In this document: positions 54,201 to 64,000 of the stretch, in pieces
Position numbering within the stretch: the first letter of the stretch is position 1
Layout of the letters: the number at the start of each line of letters is the position of its first letter
From: Lama glama
Lineage: Eukaryota
Direction: 5' to 3'
Assembly (NCBI GenBank): GCA_028534125.1
Contig: CM052824.1
Span: forward strand, 61,256,001-61,320,000
DNA length: 64,000 nt
The notes under the pieces: model-generated
What the model saw: the letters and a program-made list of their open reading frames with translations, nothing else
Told to the model about the DNA's origin: nothing
Databases searched by the model: none
Program-made: the position numbers and the translations under genes

Positions 54201-57200
54201 GTTCCCCTCCCAGCAGGCCCAAGACTGGGGGGTAGTGACAGTAAGTGGCAGCTGCAGGGCCCAATGTCCCCCCGCGTCCCCTGTCTTCTCCTGCGTCATC
54301 ACTGTTCATGGGGTTTCATGACTCTCTGTGGAGCCCCTCTGGCCATCCTTCTGTCCATTCGTCTGTCTGTTGGGGCCCTGGACCCGTCTGATGTGTCTCC
54401 TGTGCCTGCAGGGTGGATTTGAACACTGACAGGAAGATCAGTGCCAAGGAGATGCAGCAGTGGATCATGGAGAAGACGGCCGAGCACTTCCAGGAAGCCA
54501 TCGCGGAGAGCAAGGTGCACTTCCGCGCCGTAGACCCCGACGGCGATGGTACGGCCAAACTGCCCTGACCCTGGGGGCCTGGGGCTGCCAGCAGAGGGCA
54601 GCACAGGAAGGCAGAGGGGCGGTGGGCCCAGGGACCGGGAACAGAGGACATGAGGTGAGAGGGGCCCTCGCTGGTGTTGTCTGCTAAGCAGACATCCCCA
54701 CTGGCCTTCAGGGAGGACCGCGGGCTGGGCTCCGGCCAATCTACCGCAAAGCCGAGGCCCTTGCAGGAGGCTCGGTGCTTCTGCCTTTGCAGTTGTGGTA
54801 GCACGAGGGTCCTGACAGAAGCATCGCTCTTTAAAGACCTTCATTGTTAAACCTGCTAACAAGTCGGTGTGTTTTTTCAGGCCACGTGTCATGGGATGAG
54901 TATAAGGTGAAGTTTTTGGCCAGCAAAGGCCACAGTGAGAAAGAAGTTGCCGAGAAGATAAAGAATAAGTGGGAGCTGAACATTGATGAAGAGAGTGAGT
55001 GCCCCTCCCGCGCTGGGCCTTGCTGATGCTGTGGGGGTGGGGGAGGCAGGTGGAGTCATGCCAATGCCGTAGGGGTGACAGGTGGGCGTGGCCATCCGGG
55101 CGCTTCTACGGGTCCATTAGGCAGAACACCCAGGACCCTCCAGACTTGGTGGATGGGGGCAGCTGGCAGCCTGGCGTGGGCTTGAGCTCTGGGGAGGAGG
55201 TGGCGGGAGGTGCCAGAAGCACTGGGCGGCAGGCCTTGGCCAGGACAGGTCCCCAGTTCTGGATGAAGTCCAAATCCCGAGAGTCGGTGAGGTTGGTGGG
55301 GCATCTGCCTGAGGCTCGTGGAGGCGGGTGGGAGCTGGAGCCAGAGGTGCGCGGGCCTGGGCCTGAGGACAGACTCTCCCTCCCCTTAGCGTATCAGAGA
55401 CGTTCCTTTAGAAACTGATAGAAAGTCTGTGCCTGATGGCTGAGTTCTAAACCTTTGTGCGGGTGACTGTCTGCAGCTCTGAGCCACCCTACCCTTCCCC
55501 AGGGCCTGTTTACTGCCTGTCCGAGCAGGCCTGTGGAGGCATTCGTCTCCTGCTCTTCTTTTCCTGNNNNNNNNNNNNNNNNNNNNNNNNNNNNNNNNNN
55601 NNNNNNNNNNNNNNNNNNNNNNNNNNNNNNNNNNNNNNNNNNNNNNNNNNNNNNNNNNNNNNNNNNNNNNNNNNNNNNNNNNNNNNNNNNNNNNNNNNNN
55701 NNNNNNNNNNNNNNNNNNNNNNNNNNNNNNNNNNNNNNNNNNNNNNNNNNNNNNNNNNNNNNNNNNNNNNNNNNNNNNNNNNNNNNNNNNNNNNNNNNNN
55801 NNNNNNNNNNNNNNNNNNNNNNNNNNNNNNNNNNNNNNNNNNNNNNNNNNNNNNNNNNNNNNNNNNNNNNNNNNNNNNNNNNNNNNNNNNNNNNNNNNNN
55901 NNNNNNNNNNNNNNNNNNNNNNNNNNNNNNNNNNNNNNNNNNNNNNNNNNNNNNNNNNNNNNNNNNNNNNNNNNNNNNNNNNNNNNNNNNNNNNNNNNNN
56001 NNNNNNNNNNNNNNNNNNNNNNNNNNNNNNNNNNNNNNNNNNNNNNNNNNNNNNNNNNNNNNNNNNATGGGGAGGGGGATCTGTGTCTGAGGGGGGTCTG
56101 TGTCCAGGGGTCTGTGTGTGTGGGATGGGGAGGGGGATCTGTGTCTGAGGGGGGGTCTGTGTCCAGGGGTCTGTGTGTGTGGGATGGGGAGGGGGATCTG
56201 TGTCTGAGGGGGTCTGTGTCCACATCTAGGGGTGTGTGTGCTTCCGTCTGGGGTGGGTCCATGCCGTCTGCCTCCCTGGGGGCCAAGCTCCCTCTGAGGG
56301 GCAAGGCCCTTGGCCTCGGATGCTGCCTCGCCCGGAGCTGGCCCTCTGCACGCAGCAGTGCGTCTTGGAACTTTCTGGATGCGTGTGGGGGTTTCATGTG
56401 CCCAGATCCTCACGGATGCCTGTCTCTCAGCACAGGAAGTCCTGGAGAACCTCAAAGACCGCTGGTATCAGGCAGACAGCCCGCCCCCGGACCTGCTGCT
56501 GACCGAGGCCGAGTTCCTGTCCTTCCTCCACCCTGAGCACAGCCGCGGCATGCTCCAGTTCATGGTCAAGGAGATCGTCCGGGACCTGGGTGAGGCCCGT
56601 CCGCGGGACTGGGCAGGGGCTGCTGTCCACGGCCAGCCCACCCTCCTGGCGGAGCTCAGCACGGGCCAGGCCTGGGTGGGGGTGGCTGCCCGATGAGGCT
56701 GGTGCCACGTGGCTGTAGGTCCTGTGAGACATACCTGTTCAGGGTTGGGCTGAAACCTCACAAATGAAAACCTGGCAGCTGGACCCCAGCGGTGGACTTT
56801 TCTCCTGAGAGTCCTCGACAGCCCTGTGCCTGCTCGAGCCTGAGTATCTGCCCCCTCGCCTTGCAGACCAGGATGGTGACAAGAGGCTCTCGCTGCCCGA
56901 GTTCATCTCCCTGCCCGTGGGCACTGTGGAAAACCAGCAGGGCCAGGACATCGATGACAGCTGGGTGAGGGACAGGAGGAGGGAGTTCGAGGAGCTGATT
57001 GACGCCAACCACGACGGGGTGGTCACCATGGCAGAGCTGGAGGTGAGCGCAGGCCCTGGGGGCCGAGGGGCACCGAGCAGAGAGGAGCCCCCATGGGACC
57101 GTCCTGAGCCAGGATGGCAGGGTTGGTCTGGCTGTGGCTGTTCCCTTGGTTCCTTGGCCAGGGGACCTGGAGCCCCGGAGCCCATGGAGGTGCTAGTGGC

Positions 57201-58072
57201 TCCCTGGGGCCCTGCCCGCCAGTGTCATCCGCTTTCCCGCTGAGATCTGAGGCACCTGTGCTCGTCACCGGGTCGGGTGCCTGGGGTGACGCATCCACTC
57301 GGGATCTGAGAAGTGGCGGCCCAGCGGGACAGCTTCTGAGTGTTGTCACTGGTGGTGTGTGTGGGTGCTGCGTGGGGCTTGTTTTTTTCCCATTGCTGGA
57401 TGAGTCATTTCATTTTACACCAGAATTCTCTGATCCCTGTTGATAGCTGGGGGCATCTCTGGTGTAGGGACTCCTTCCTGTTGGCACAGCCCTCCTGCAG
57501 CCGAGTCAGTCTGTGTCCGTGTCTGTGCGTGTGTGTGTGACCTGCGCCAAGGCCTCCCTTCTCCCTGCCCTGCCCTTCCATGGCCGGGCACCCTGACGAG
57601 GATGGGCAGGTGCCCACACGAGTGAAGGCTGCCTGACCCCGAGCCACATCCAGCCTGGCGTCCGCCTTCCAGAACATTCCAGAACATGCCCACATCCCTG
57701 TCTTGCAGTTTCTTCCTACCAGCCTACAGGGTATTGTGAGTGACGCCTTGAGTCTGTAGTTGGTTAGTGTCCCAGCCCTGCTGCTGCTTCCCTGAGGCGG
57801 GAGCTGACCTAGCTCGGGCGTCCCCCAGGTGGTTCCCGGGCAGAGGCCCGAGGAGGGCGCCTGCGGGTGGAGGGGCTGACCCGGCGCTCTTGCAGGACTA
57901 CATGGACCCCATGAATGAGTACAGCGCACTCAATGAGGCCAAGCAGATGATCGCTATTGCCGACGAGAACCAGAACCAGCACCTCGAGCCAGAGGAGGTC
58001 CTCAAGTACAGTGAGTTCTTCACTGGCAGCAAGCTGGTGGACTATGCCCGCAGCGTGCACGAGGAGTTCTGA
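51243..58072 (+). CDS. SDF4: Stromal cell-derived factor 4 / Cab45, CREC-family EF-hand Ca2+-binding Golgi protein, 355 aa
   Basis: Exons 51243-51547, 54412-54548, 54881-54994, 56431-56589, 56867-57042 and 57896-58072 total 1068 nt. Signal peptide, EF hands ([60 protein letters not shown]), C-terminal HEEF. Confidence 0.98.
55567..56066. other. Assembly gap (500 N) in an SDF4 intron
   Basis: Run of exactly 500 N. Confidence 1.
56067..56221. repeat. G-rich minisatellite, 58-59 bp unit, about 2.7 visible copies abutting the gap
   Basis: Unit atggggagggggatctgtgtctgaggggggtctgtgtccaggggtctgtgtgtgtggg starts at 56067, 56125 and 56184. Confidence 0.92.
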
Positions 58073-59953
58073 GTCGCCCCGCCCCTCCCTCTTCCCCCCC
58101 TCCCACCTGCCACCCGCCTGCTCGACTCTTCTGAGACGTGCTGAGCACCGCGTCCCGCAACCGTGCTTCGGTTCCCGCGTAATCGCTGCATCTCGCTTCT
58201 GAGAACTCAGAGCCCTTCTGCCGAAGGCACTGACCACATCAGGGCCCCGGGCTTGCCACACCGTGGGAAATAACACAGCTCCTGCTGTTTCCTTGAAAAC
58301 TGAAAGATTAAGATGATGTTTGAGTTGCTCTGCTGGAAACCAGCAGCTGGGTGCCGCTCCTCCCACTGTGTTGGGCGGGGCTGTGAGAATCATCTGGCCC
58401 ATGGTGTTCAGTCTCCGAGAAAATGCGAGTACTTGTGACAGGAATCACATTAACTTACTTTAAAATATAGTTGCCTTTTTCTCCCAGCTTCATTTTTTGT
58501 GTGTGTGGGAAAAAAGCCATGTAGACGACAACTTGGAACATTTGTGGCCAGGTGGCTTCCACTTGAAGCTTTGCGGTGGGCGGTTTGGTTTGAATACTGG
58601 GCTCCCCGGTGCTTGCGATCATCTGTGAGTCAGGACTGTCGCGCGGGCTTGAGCGCCCCGCTTGGCAGCGACGGAAAGGGTGACACCAGGGAGAGGACCA
58701 GGCAGGACCAAGGTCCTGGTTGGGGGCTGCGTGTGAGGGGCTGGGAGACAGGGAGGGGCCTCCTGCAGAACAGGAGTTGGGGTCTGGGCTGCAGATTTGA
58801 AGTCAGGAGCCTGGAGTCCAGGCCTGGGTGAGACCACCTGGGAGGGTCCGGAAGGACGTGGGAGTTTGAGGTGGAGAGGGCATCTCTGAGGACAAGCCCT
58901 AGGCCCCCGGGATGGGGTGGGGAACTGGGGAGCCCTTGAGAACCACCCAGGTCCTGGCCTGGGGCTTGGTGTAGGGGACAGGGTGGGGGCGGCCTAGGGG
59001 ACTGGGAGCCTGTGGACAAGGCTCTGTCCTCCACTGGCCAGTCCCGCTGCCACACCAGGCCTTTCTGGGGGTCAGCTGTGCCCAGTGGTTGGCTGGCATG
59101 TGGGGATGGGGGGAATGAGCAGTGAGGCTTTAAATGACCGAGGGAGGGTCTCTGATCTGTGCACCCACTAAGCTTACCACCCCACTGCCGCCCTCTCTGC
59201 CAGTCACCCCTCAGATCCCTGAGCCGTGGCCCTTGGCGCTCTGTGGACAGCACACCAGGCCAGTGGTGTGCTCGGGCCTTTGAAGGCCCTGCTGGGGCTG
59301 GGGGCTCCGGCTGGGTGGGCAGAGGGGCCGCCCTGAGCTGCCCACGTGACTAGCCCTTGCCACAGGGACCTGCTTCCGAGCAGCGTGGGGAGGCCCTGCC
59401 ACAGAGGAGCAGGGCGTGGTGACACCTGGCTTGGTTTCCAGACAAACAAGAGGAAAGGCTGTTTTCAGAACGGAGACCAGCCTGCGTGGTGGGTGGGCGG
59501 TCCCTGTGGTGGGCCAGGCCCGTGCGGGCGGGTGGGCACGAGCCAGTCGGTGTGTGATGCTCAGACAGAGGTGTGAGCCAGCCAGGCTGGCTTGCAGGTG
59601 ACGCATAGTTGTCTGTCCAGGGGTCACCTGCAAGCAGACCCCTGTCTGCTGCCTGGTGTCTGGGGCCTTGGGTGGCAGAGACCAGCACCGCCAGAGGGTG
59701 GGCGGCCCACACGTGGCCCCCAGCAAGGGGAGGGTCTGCCCTGGAGTGTGGCTCTGCTCCCCTGCCCTCCAGTCACCCCGGCCTCAGAGGCTGTGGTTTG
59801 TCTTTAAACTTTTTTCTCGCCATCAGTGGCAGACGAGGCCCGCACACGCTCACACATATACACACCACGCGTGTGGACAATCCACCCCTGCCCCGTGGAC
59901 CCTGTCTCTGGGGGAGGCGTGGCCCCTGCCTGGGGGTGGAGCCAGGCTGAGGT

Positions 59954-60022
59954 GGAATTTCCCGCAGGTGGGCCGGGAGCTCAGCTCCTCACCTGTGCCC
60001 CCCCAGGAGAAGGGGAATTTCC
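59954..60022. promoter_or_regulatory. Paired NF-kB sites upstream of TNFRSF4
   Basis: GGAATTTCCC at 59954-59963 (reverse complement GGGAAATTCC) and GGGAATTTCC at 60013-60022. Confidence 0.7.
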
Positions 60023-60589
60023 AGCGCCTGTCAATCCCCCACCCCTATCTTTCCCTGCAGGAGGCCCCCCCACCCACCTGAACTTTAAGGTTAACTGTTA
60101 AGCAGATAATCCTGTCTCATGGTTAAGATTTAAAGGCACCGAAGGATACAGTATGGCCTCCGTGTTTCAGGGCCACCAGTGGTCAGGGCTTTGCACAGGA
60201 GAAAGCATGTGCACGCGCGCATGTGTGTGCACCTGTGCTCTGCCTCACGCCCCGCAGTGGCTGGCAAACAGACTCCCACCACCGCCGCCTGTCCCAGGAC
60301 TGCCTGGCCCACGTCTGAGGACACACGGCTCCGTGGGTCAATCGCACGGTGGCTCTAGCCTCTGTCCTACTGGTGGGTGTAGGGACTGGGGCCAGAGCGG
60401 GTGGTTTTTCCTCACGGGAGCCCCCGGGCACATCCCCAGGTGCTCACAGGAGCAGCACACACTGCTGGCATGTGCGGCCAGAGCCACGTGCACATGCACA
60501 GACGTGGCCCACACGCTCCCAGGCACATGCCACACCTGGGATACGGGGCTGGGCTTGGCCAGCAGCAAGCGCTGAGTCTGCTCAGGCAG

Positions 60590-60830
60590 TCTGGAGGCGG
60601 GTGCTTACCTCTCCCCGGCCTGGAGGCTGGATGTCCGAGACCAGGGTGTCATCCCTGCGTGTGGGTCTGTGCCCTGACTTCCTCCTCTTAGAGGGACACC
60701 AGTCACATTGGATCAGGTCCCCTTATGACCTCATCCGACCTTAATTGCCCCTTAGTGTCTCCAAATATAGCCACCCAGGGGTCAGGGCTTCCACGTGTGA
60801 ATTTGGGGTGCTGACGTGAACTCACCCCTA
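60590..60830 (-). mobile_element. MaLR LTR fragment (MLT1-like)
   Basis: ctggaggctggatgtccgagaccagggtgtc...tcttagagggacaccagtcacattggat...ttatgacctcat..accttaatt...tctccaaatatagccac...agggcttccac..gtgaatttgggg. Confidence 0.75.
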
Positions 60831-61649
60831 ACCCTGAGCTCAGCTGGTCTCTCACCAGCACGTGCCTGCACACACACTCACACACGTGCACACTCACTGT
60901 GGGCGCTGGTCACGAGGCATCTCACCCACCAGAACTGCTGGCTGCTGCATCTGTCTGAGCTGGGTTTGGAGACTTGGGCTAGTGCCCACACTCTGGAGCC
61001 CTGGGCACTGCCACCCTCCACCCACTGCAGCTGATGCCAGGAGAAGGTCCATACTGCGAGGGAGCCTGTGCCCTGATCCTGTTCTGCCTCAGCTGACCCA
61101 TGTGCTCTGTGCACCTGTCTGCGGACGAGGGGTTGAGGACAGGTGTGGCCAGGGCCTTCTGTGGGGGACTGCAGGAGCAGCTGCCGCTCCTCCTGAGGGG
61201 TCTGCCCTGTGCAGGGAGAGTGGGTGCCCAGAAGAGTTGAGCCACATGGACGGATCCCAGGACCATCCTGGTCCAGGCAGCTTGGCCACACTGGGCAGGG
61301 CAGGGGGACACCCAGGACGCCTGGCCGAAGAGACCCCACTTTCTTGTGAAGCAGGAGTGGGAAGGGTTCAGTGTGAGGGGCGAGTGCAGACCACTGGGGT
61401 TGGAGGACCTGGCCTGGCCCTGGCAGGGCTGGGGCTGCAGGTCCCCACTTGGGGTGCAGCGGGGGTCTGGATCAGTGTCCAGCTGCCACCTGGACTGGGC
61501 CTGACGGCAGTGGGCCTTGTTGAGGGGTTGGGAGCCTTGGGGCCCAGGGCAGAAGACAAACCCATGGCTGGCTGGGAGGGGGCTTCCCAGACAAGCTGCC
61601 TTCCCACCACCAGCCTGGGTTGGGGTCACCAGCCCTTCCTGGGGCCTCC

Positions 61650-61752
61650 TTCCTCCTAGTTCCTCCTCCTGCCCTCCCCACCCCTCCCCCGCAGCCCTTA
61701 TAGCCACTTCCTGCAAGGAAAAACCCCAGACTCCCGAGCTGCGGAGTCGAGA
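61650..61752 (+). promoter_or_regulatory. TNFRSF4: TNFRSF4 proximal promoter
   Basis: Sp-type CCCCTCCCCC boxes, TTATA, ETS CACTTCCTG at about 61705, and kB-like GGAAAAACCCC at 61717-61727, all just before the ATG. Confidence 0.6.
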
Positions 61753-63963
61753 ATGCGCGTGGGAGCCCAACCACCTAGGGCGCCTGGCTCAGCCCTCCTG
61801 CTCCTGGGGCTCGCGCTTGGCGCTGCGGCCCAGCCCAGCTGCGGTGACGGCACCTACCCCAGTGGCAGCAAGTGCTGTAAAGAGTGCCTGCCTGGTGAGT
61901 CCCCAGACATGGAGCAGGGGAGGGGAGCCTGCAGGGACACAGGATAAGGAGATGGGGTCAGGGGACACAGAGACGGGGAACATGTAGATGGGGAACAGGG
62001 TGGGGGGGAGGTGGGGACAGAGAGGGGCCTACAGATGGGTCACGTGGTGCAGGCGTTGTGGGGCAACTGGACTCGGTGACAGGGTAGGTGACACTCCAGG
62101 ATGGTGGGTGACCTGGAGCCACCCCGGGACAGTGGGCCAGCCTGAGGCTGGGCGGCGGGCTGCCGAGGGAGCGCGAGGCCAGGCCATGCCGCTTCCTGAC
62201 CCCGGCCTTCTGCGGCAGGTTATGGGATGGAGAGCCGCTGCACCAACTCCCAGGAAACAGTGTGCCACCCGTGCGCCCCCGGCTTCTACAACGAAGCGGT
62301 TAACTACGAGGCCTGCAAGCCCTGCACACAGTGCAGCCAGAGTGAGCCCCACTATGCACCAGGCCCGGCCATTCCACAGGAGACCACACAGGGTCCCACA
62401 GCCACAGAACAAACCCACAATGGGGTCTGCTCTGCCCTGGGGTTCCCATGAGGAGCTGAGGCTTCCCACAAGGCGCCTACCCCTCCAGAGGGGCCAGGGC
62501 CACATGGCCGGGGTGGGGGTGAGACCTGAAGTCAAGGGCCACAGAGGGTCCTGAGCAGGCTGGCAGGAGGGTAGCAGTTCCTGAGGACATGTGGCAGGAG
62601 GGATGGGAGAGGACTAGGAGCTGCCTGGCTCTGAGGGGGCTACTGGCCTGGGGGAGGCGGATGCCGACCCTTGGCCTTGGTCACCGGCCTGCTCTGGGGC
62701 TCAGGCCTCCCCACTGACTGTGCCCACCCCACCTGACCCCCAGGAAGTGGGAGCGAACCCAAGCAGAGATGTACACCCACAAGGGACACAGTCTGCCACT
62801 GCCGGCCAGGCACCCAGCCCCTGGAGGGCCACGGCTACAAGCGTGGAGTCGGTGAGTTCTGGCCAGGGGTGGGGAGCCCTTGGAACCATGTGAAAGGAGC
62901 GTGTCCCCCATGCTGTCATCTCCCCCAGAAGCCCTGCCCCAAAGCCTGGCCATGGACCCCTTCGCCCAGTAGGTCATGCCAAGACAGGGTACGGGGGCCC
63001 CCGGATCAGGGCCAGGGGGCATCATGCAGCTGGGAGGGGCTTCTGGAGGCCAAGCGCCCCCGGGCAGGGCAGATGTGCAGAGCCCGCTGACTTCGTTGCA
63101 GACTGTGCCCCGTGCCCACCAGGACACTTCTCGCCCGGCAACAACCAGGCCTGCCAGCCTTGGACCAAGTGAGTGTTTCAGGGGCTGGAGGACTCGGGTG
63201 GCCTGGGGTCTGTGCACCCGGACTCAGGTCTGCGGGTAGGGAGCTGCTGTCGGGGAGCTCCTAGGCCCTGCCCCCCGGCCTCTGTGCCCCCATTGTGATC
63301 TCTGTCCGCTGGCCCTTGACTCCCATGACCCCTGGTTCCCCCAGGGCCCCAGCCCCACAGCTCAGCCCTGGCCCAGGCTCCCCTCACTGGCCTTCCTGCT
63401 GAGCTGGAGTGGGAGGGCTGAGAGACCCCAGCCCAGGCCCAGGAGTGTGTGAGGCCTCCCTCAGTCACAGCTGAGAGCTGTGTCCTGTCCTCGCAGGACC
63501 TCCGTGGTGGGGACAGGAGGAGAGGGCAGCGGGGTGTGGAGGGAAAGGCGCAGTGGGGACAGGTCTGGAGGGGCCGGTGGGGAGCAGGGTGAGTGAGGGA
63601 TGAGGGCTGGGAGGGCCAAGGCTCCTGGGGGCCTGGTGGATCCTGGACTCTGTTGCTGCCGGAGGTGACCCACTGTGGGCCCCTCATTCCTCCCCATGAC
63701 TCCTCTGATTGCTGGAGGAGGAGCTGGGGGGTACTCCGACCTGATCAACACCCTTGCCCTCCTCAGCTGCACCTTGGTGGGAAAGCGCACACTGCGGGTG
63801 GCCAGCAACAGCTCGGACGCTGTCTGTGAAGACAAGGGCCCCTCAGCCACACCGCCCTGGGAGACCCAGGGCCCCCCAGCCCGGTCCCCCACTGCCCAGC
63901 CCACCACTGCCTGGCCCAGGGCCTCACAGGGGCCCTCCACACCCCACACAGAGCCCCTCAAGG
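61753..63963 (+). CDS. TNFRSF4: TNF receptor superfamily member 4 (OX40/CD134), exons 1-5; TM and cytoplasmic exons lie beyond the window
   Basis: Exons 61753-61894, 62219-62341, 62744-62851, 63102-63168 and 63767-63963 are in frame. Signal peptide, TNFR Cys-rich domains (CCKECLPGYGMESRC, CHPCAPGFYNEAVN, CPPGHFSPGNNQACQPWTNC), Pro/Thr-rich stalk. Confidence 0.96.
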
Positions 63964-64000
63964 GTAAGGAGACCTGGCCTCGTCCCAGCAGGGCTCTCCC

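Noticed and set aside
56067-56221. CRISPR-like repeat array
   Set aside because: Contiguous tandem units with no unique spacers, in a mammalian intron
55386-56536. Long ORFs spanning the N run
   Set aside because: Artefacts of translating the assembly gap and the adjacent minisatellite

Overview
GC-rich mammalian genomic DNA, syntenic to human 1p36.33 with the same gene order: 3' half of ACAP3 (+), SCNN1D (-), UBE2J2 (+), C1QTNF12/adipolin (+), B3GALT6 (-, single exon), SDF4/Cab45 (+), and the first five exons of TNFRSF4/OX40 (+). I spliced each gene by hand; all reading frames are intact with GT-AG introns. A tRNA-derived SINE at about 20.15-20.31 kb resembles the camelid vic-1 type, so the source is probably an alpaca, llama or camel (inference). 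Most short ORFs in the supplied track are GC-content artefacts. I found no new gene or multi-gene system. The best leads are lineage-specific details. (1) Adipolin has Met at the position of the mouse Lys91 cleavage site. (2) Delta-ENaC has a truncated C-tail, alpha-like pore motifs and a competing stop-containing splice donor on its start exon. (3) A choice of 3' splice site in SDF4 could switch an upstream ATG between a uORF and an in-frame N-terminal extension. (4) B3GALT6 has a (PAA)n repeat stem. (5) A pair of NF-kB sites lies upstream of OX40. Comparisons with human and mouse proteins are from memory and need confirming by alignment.
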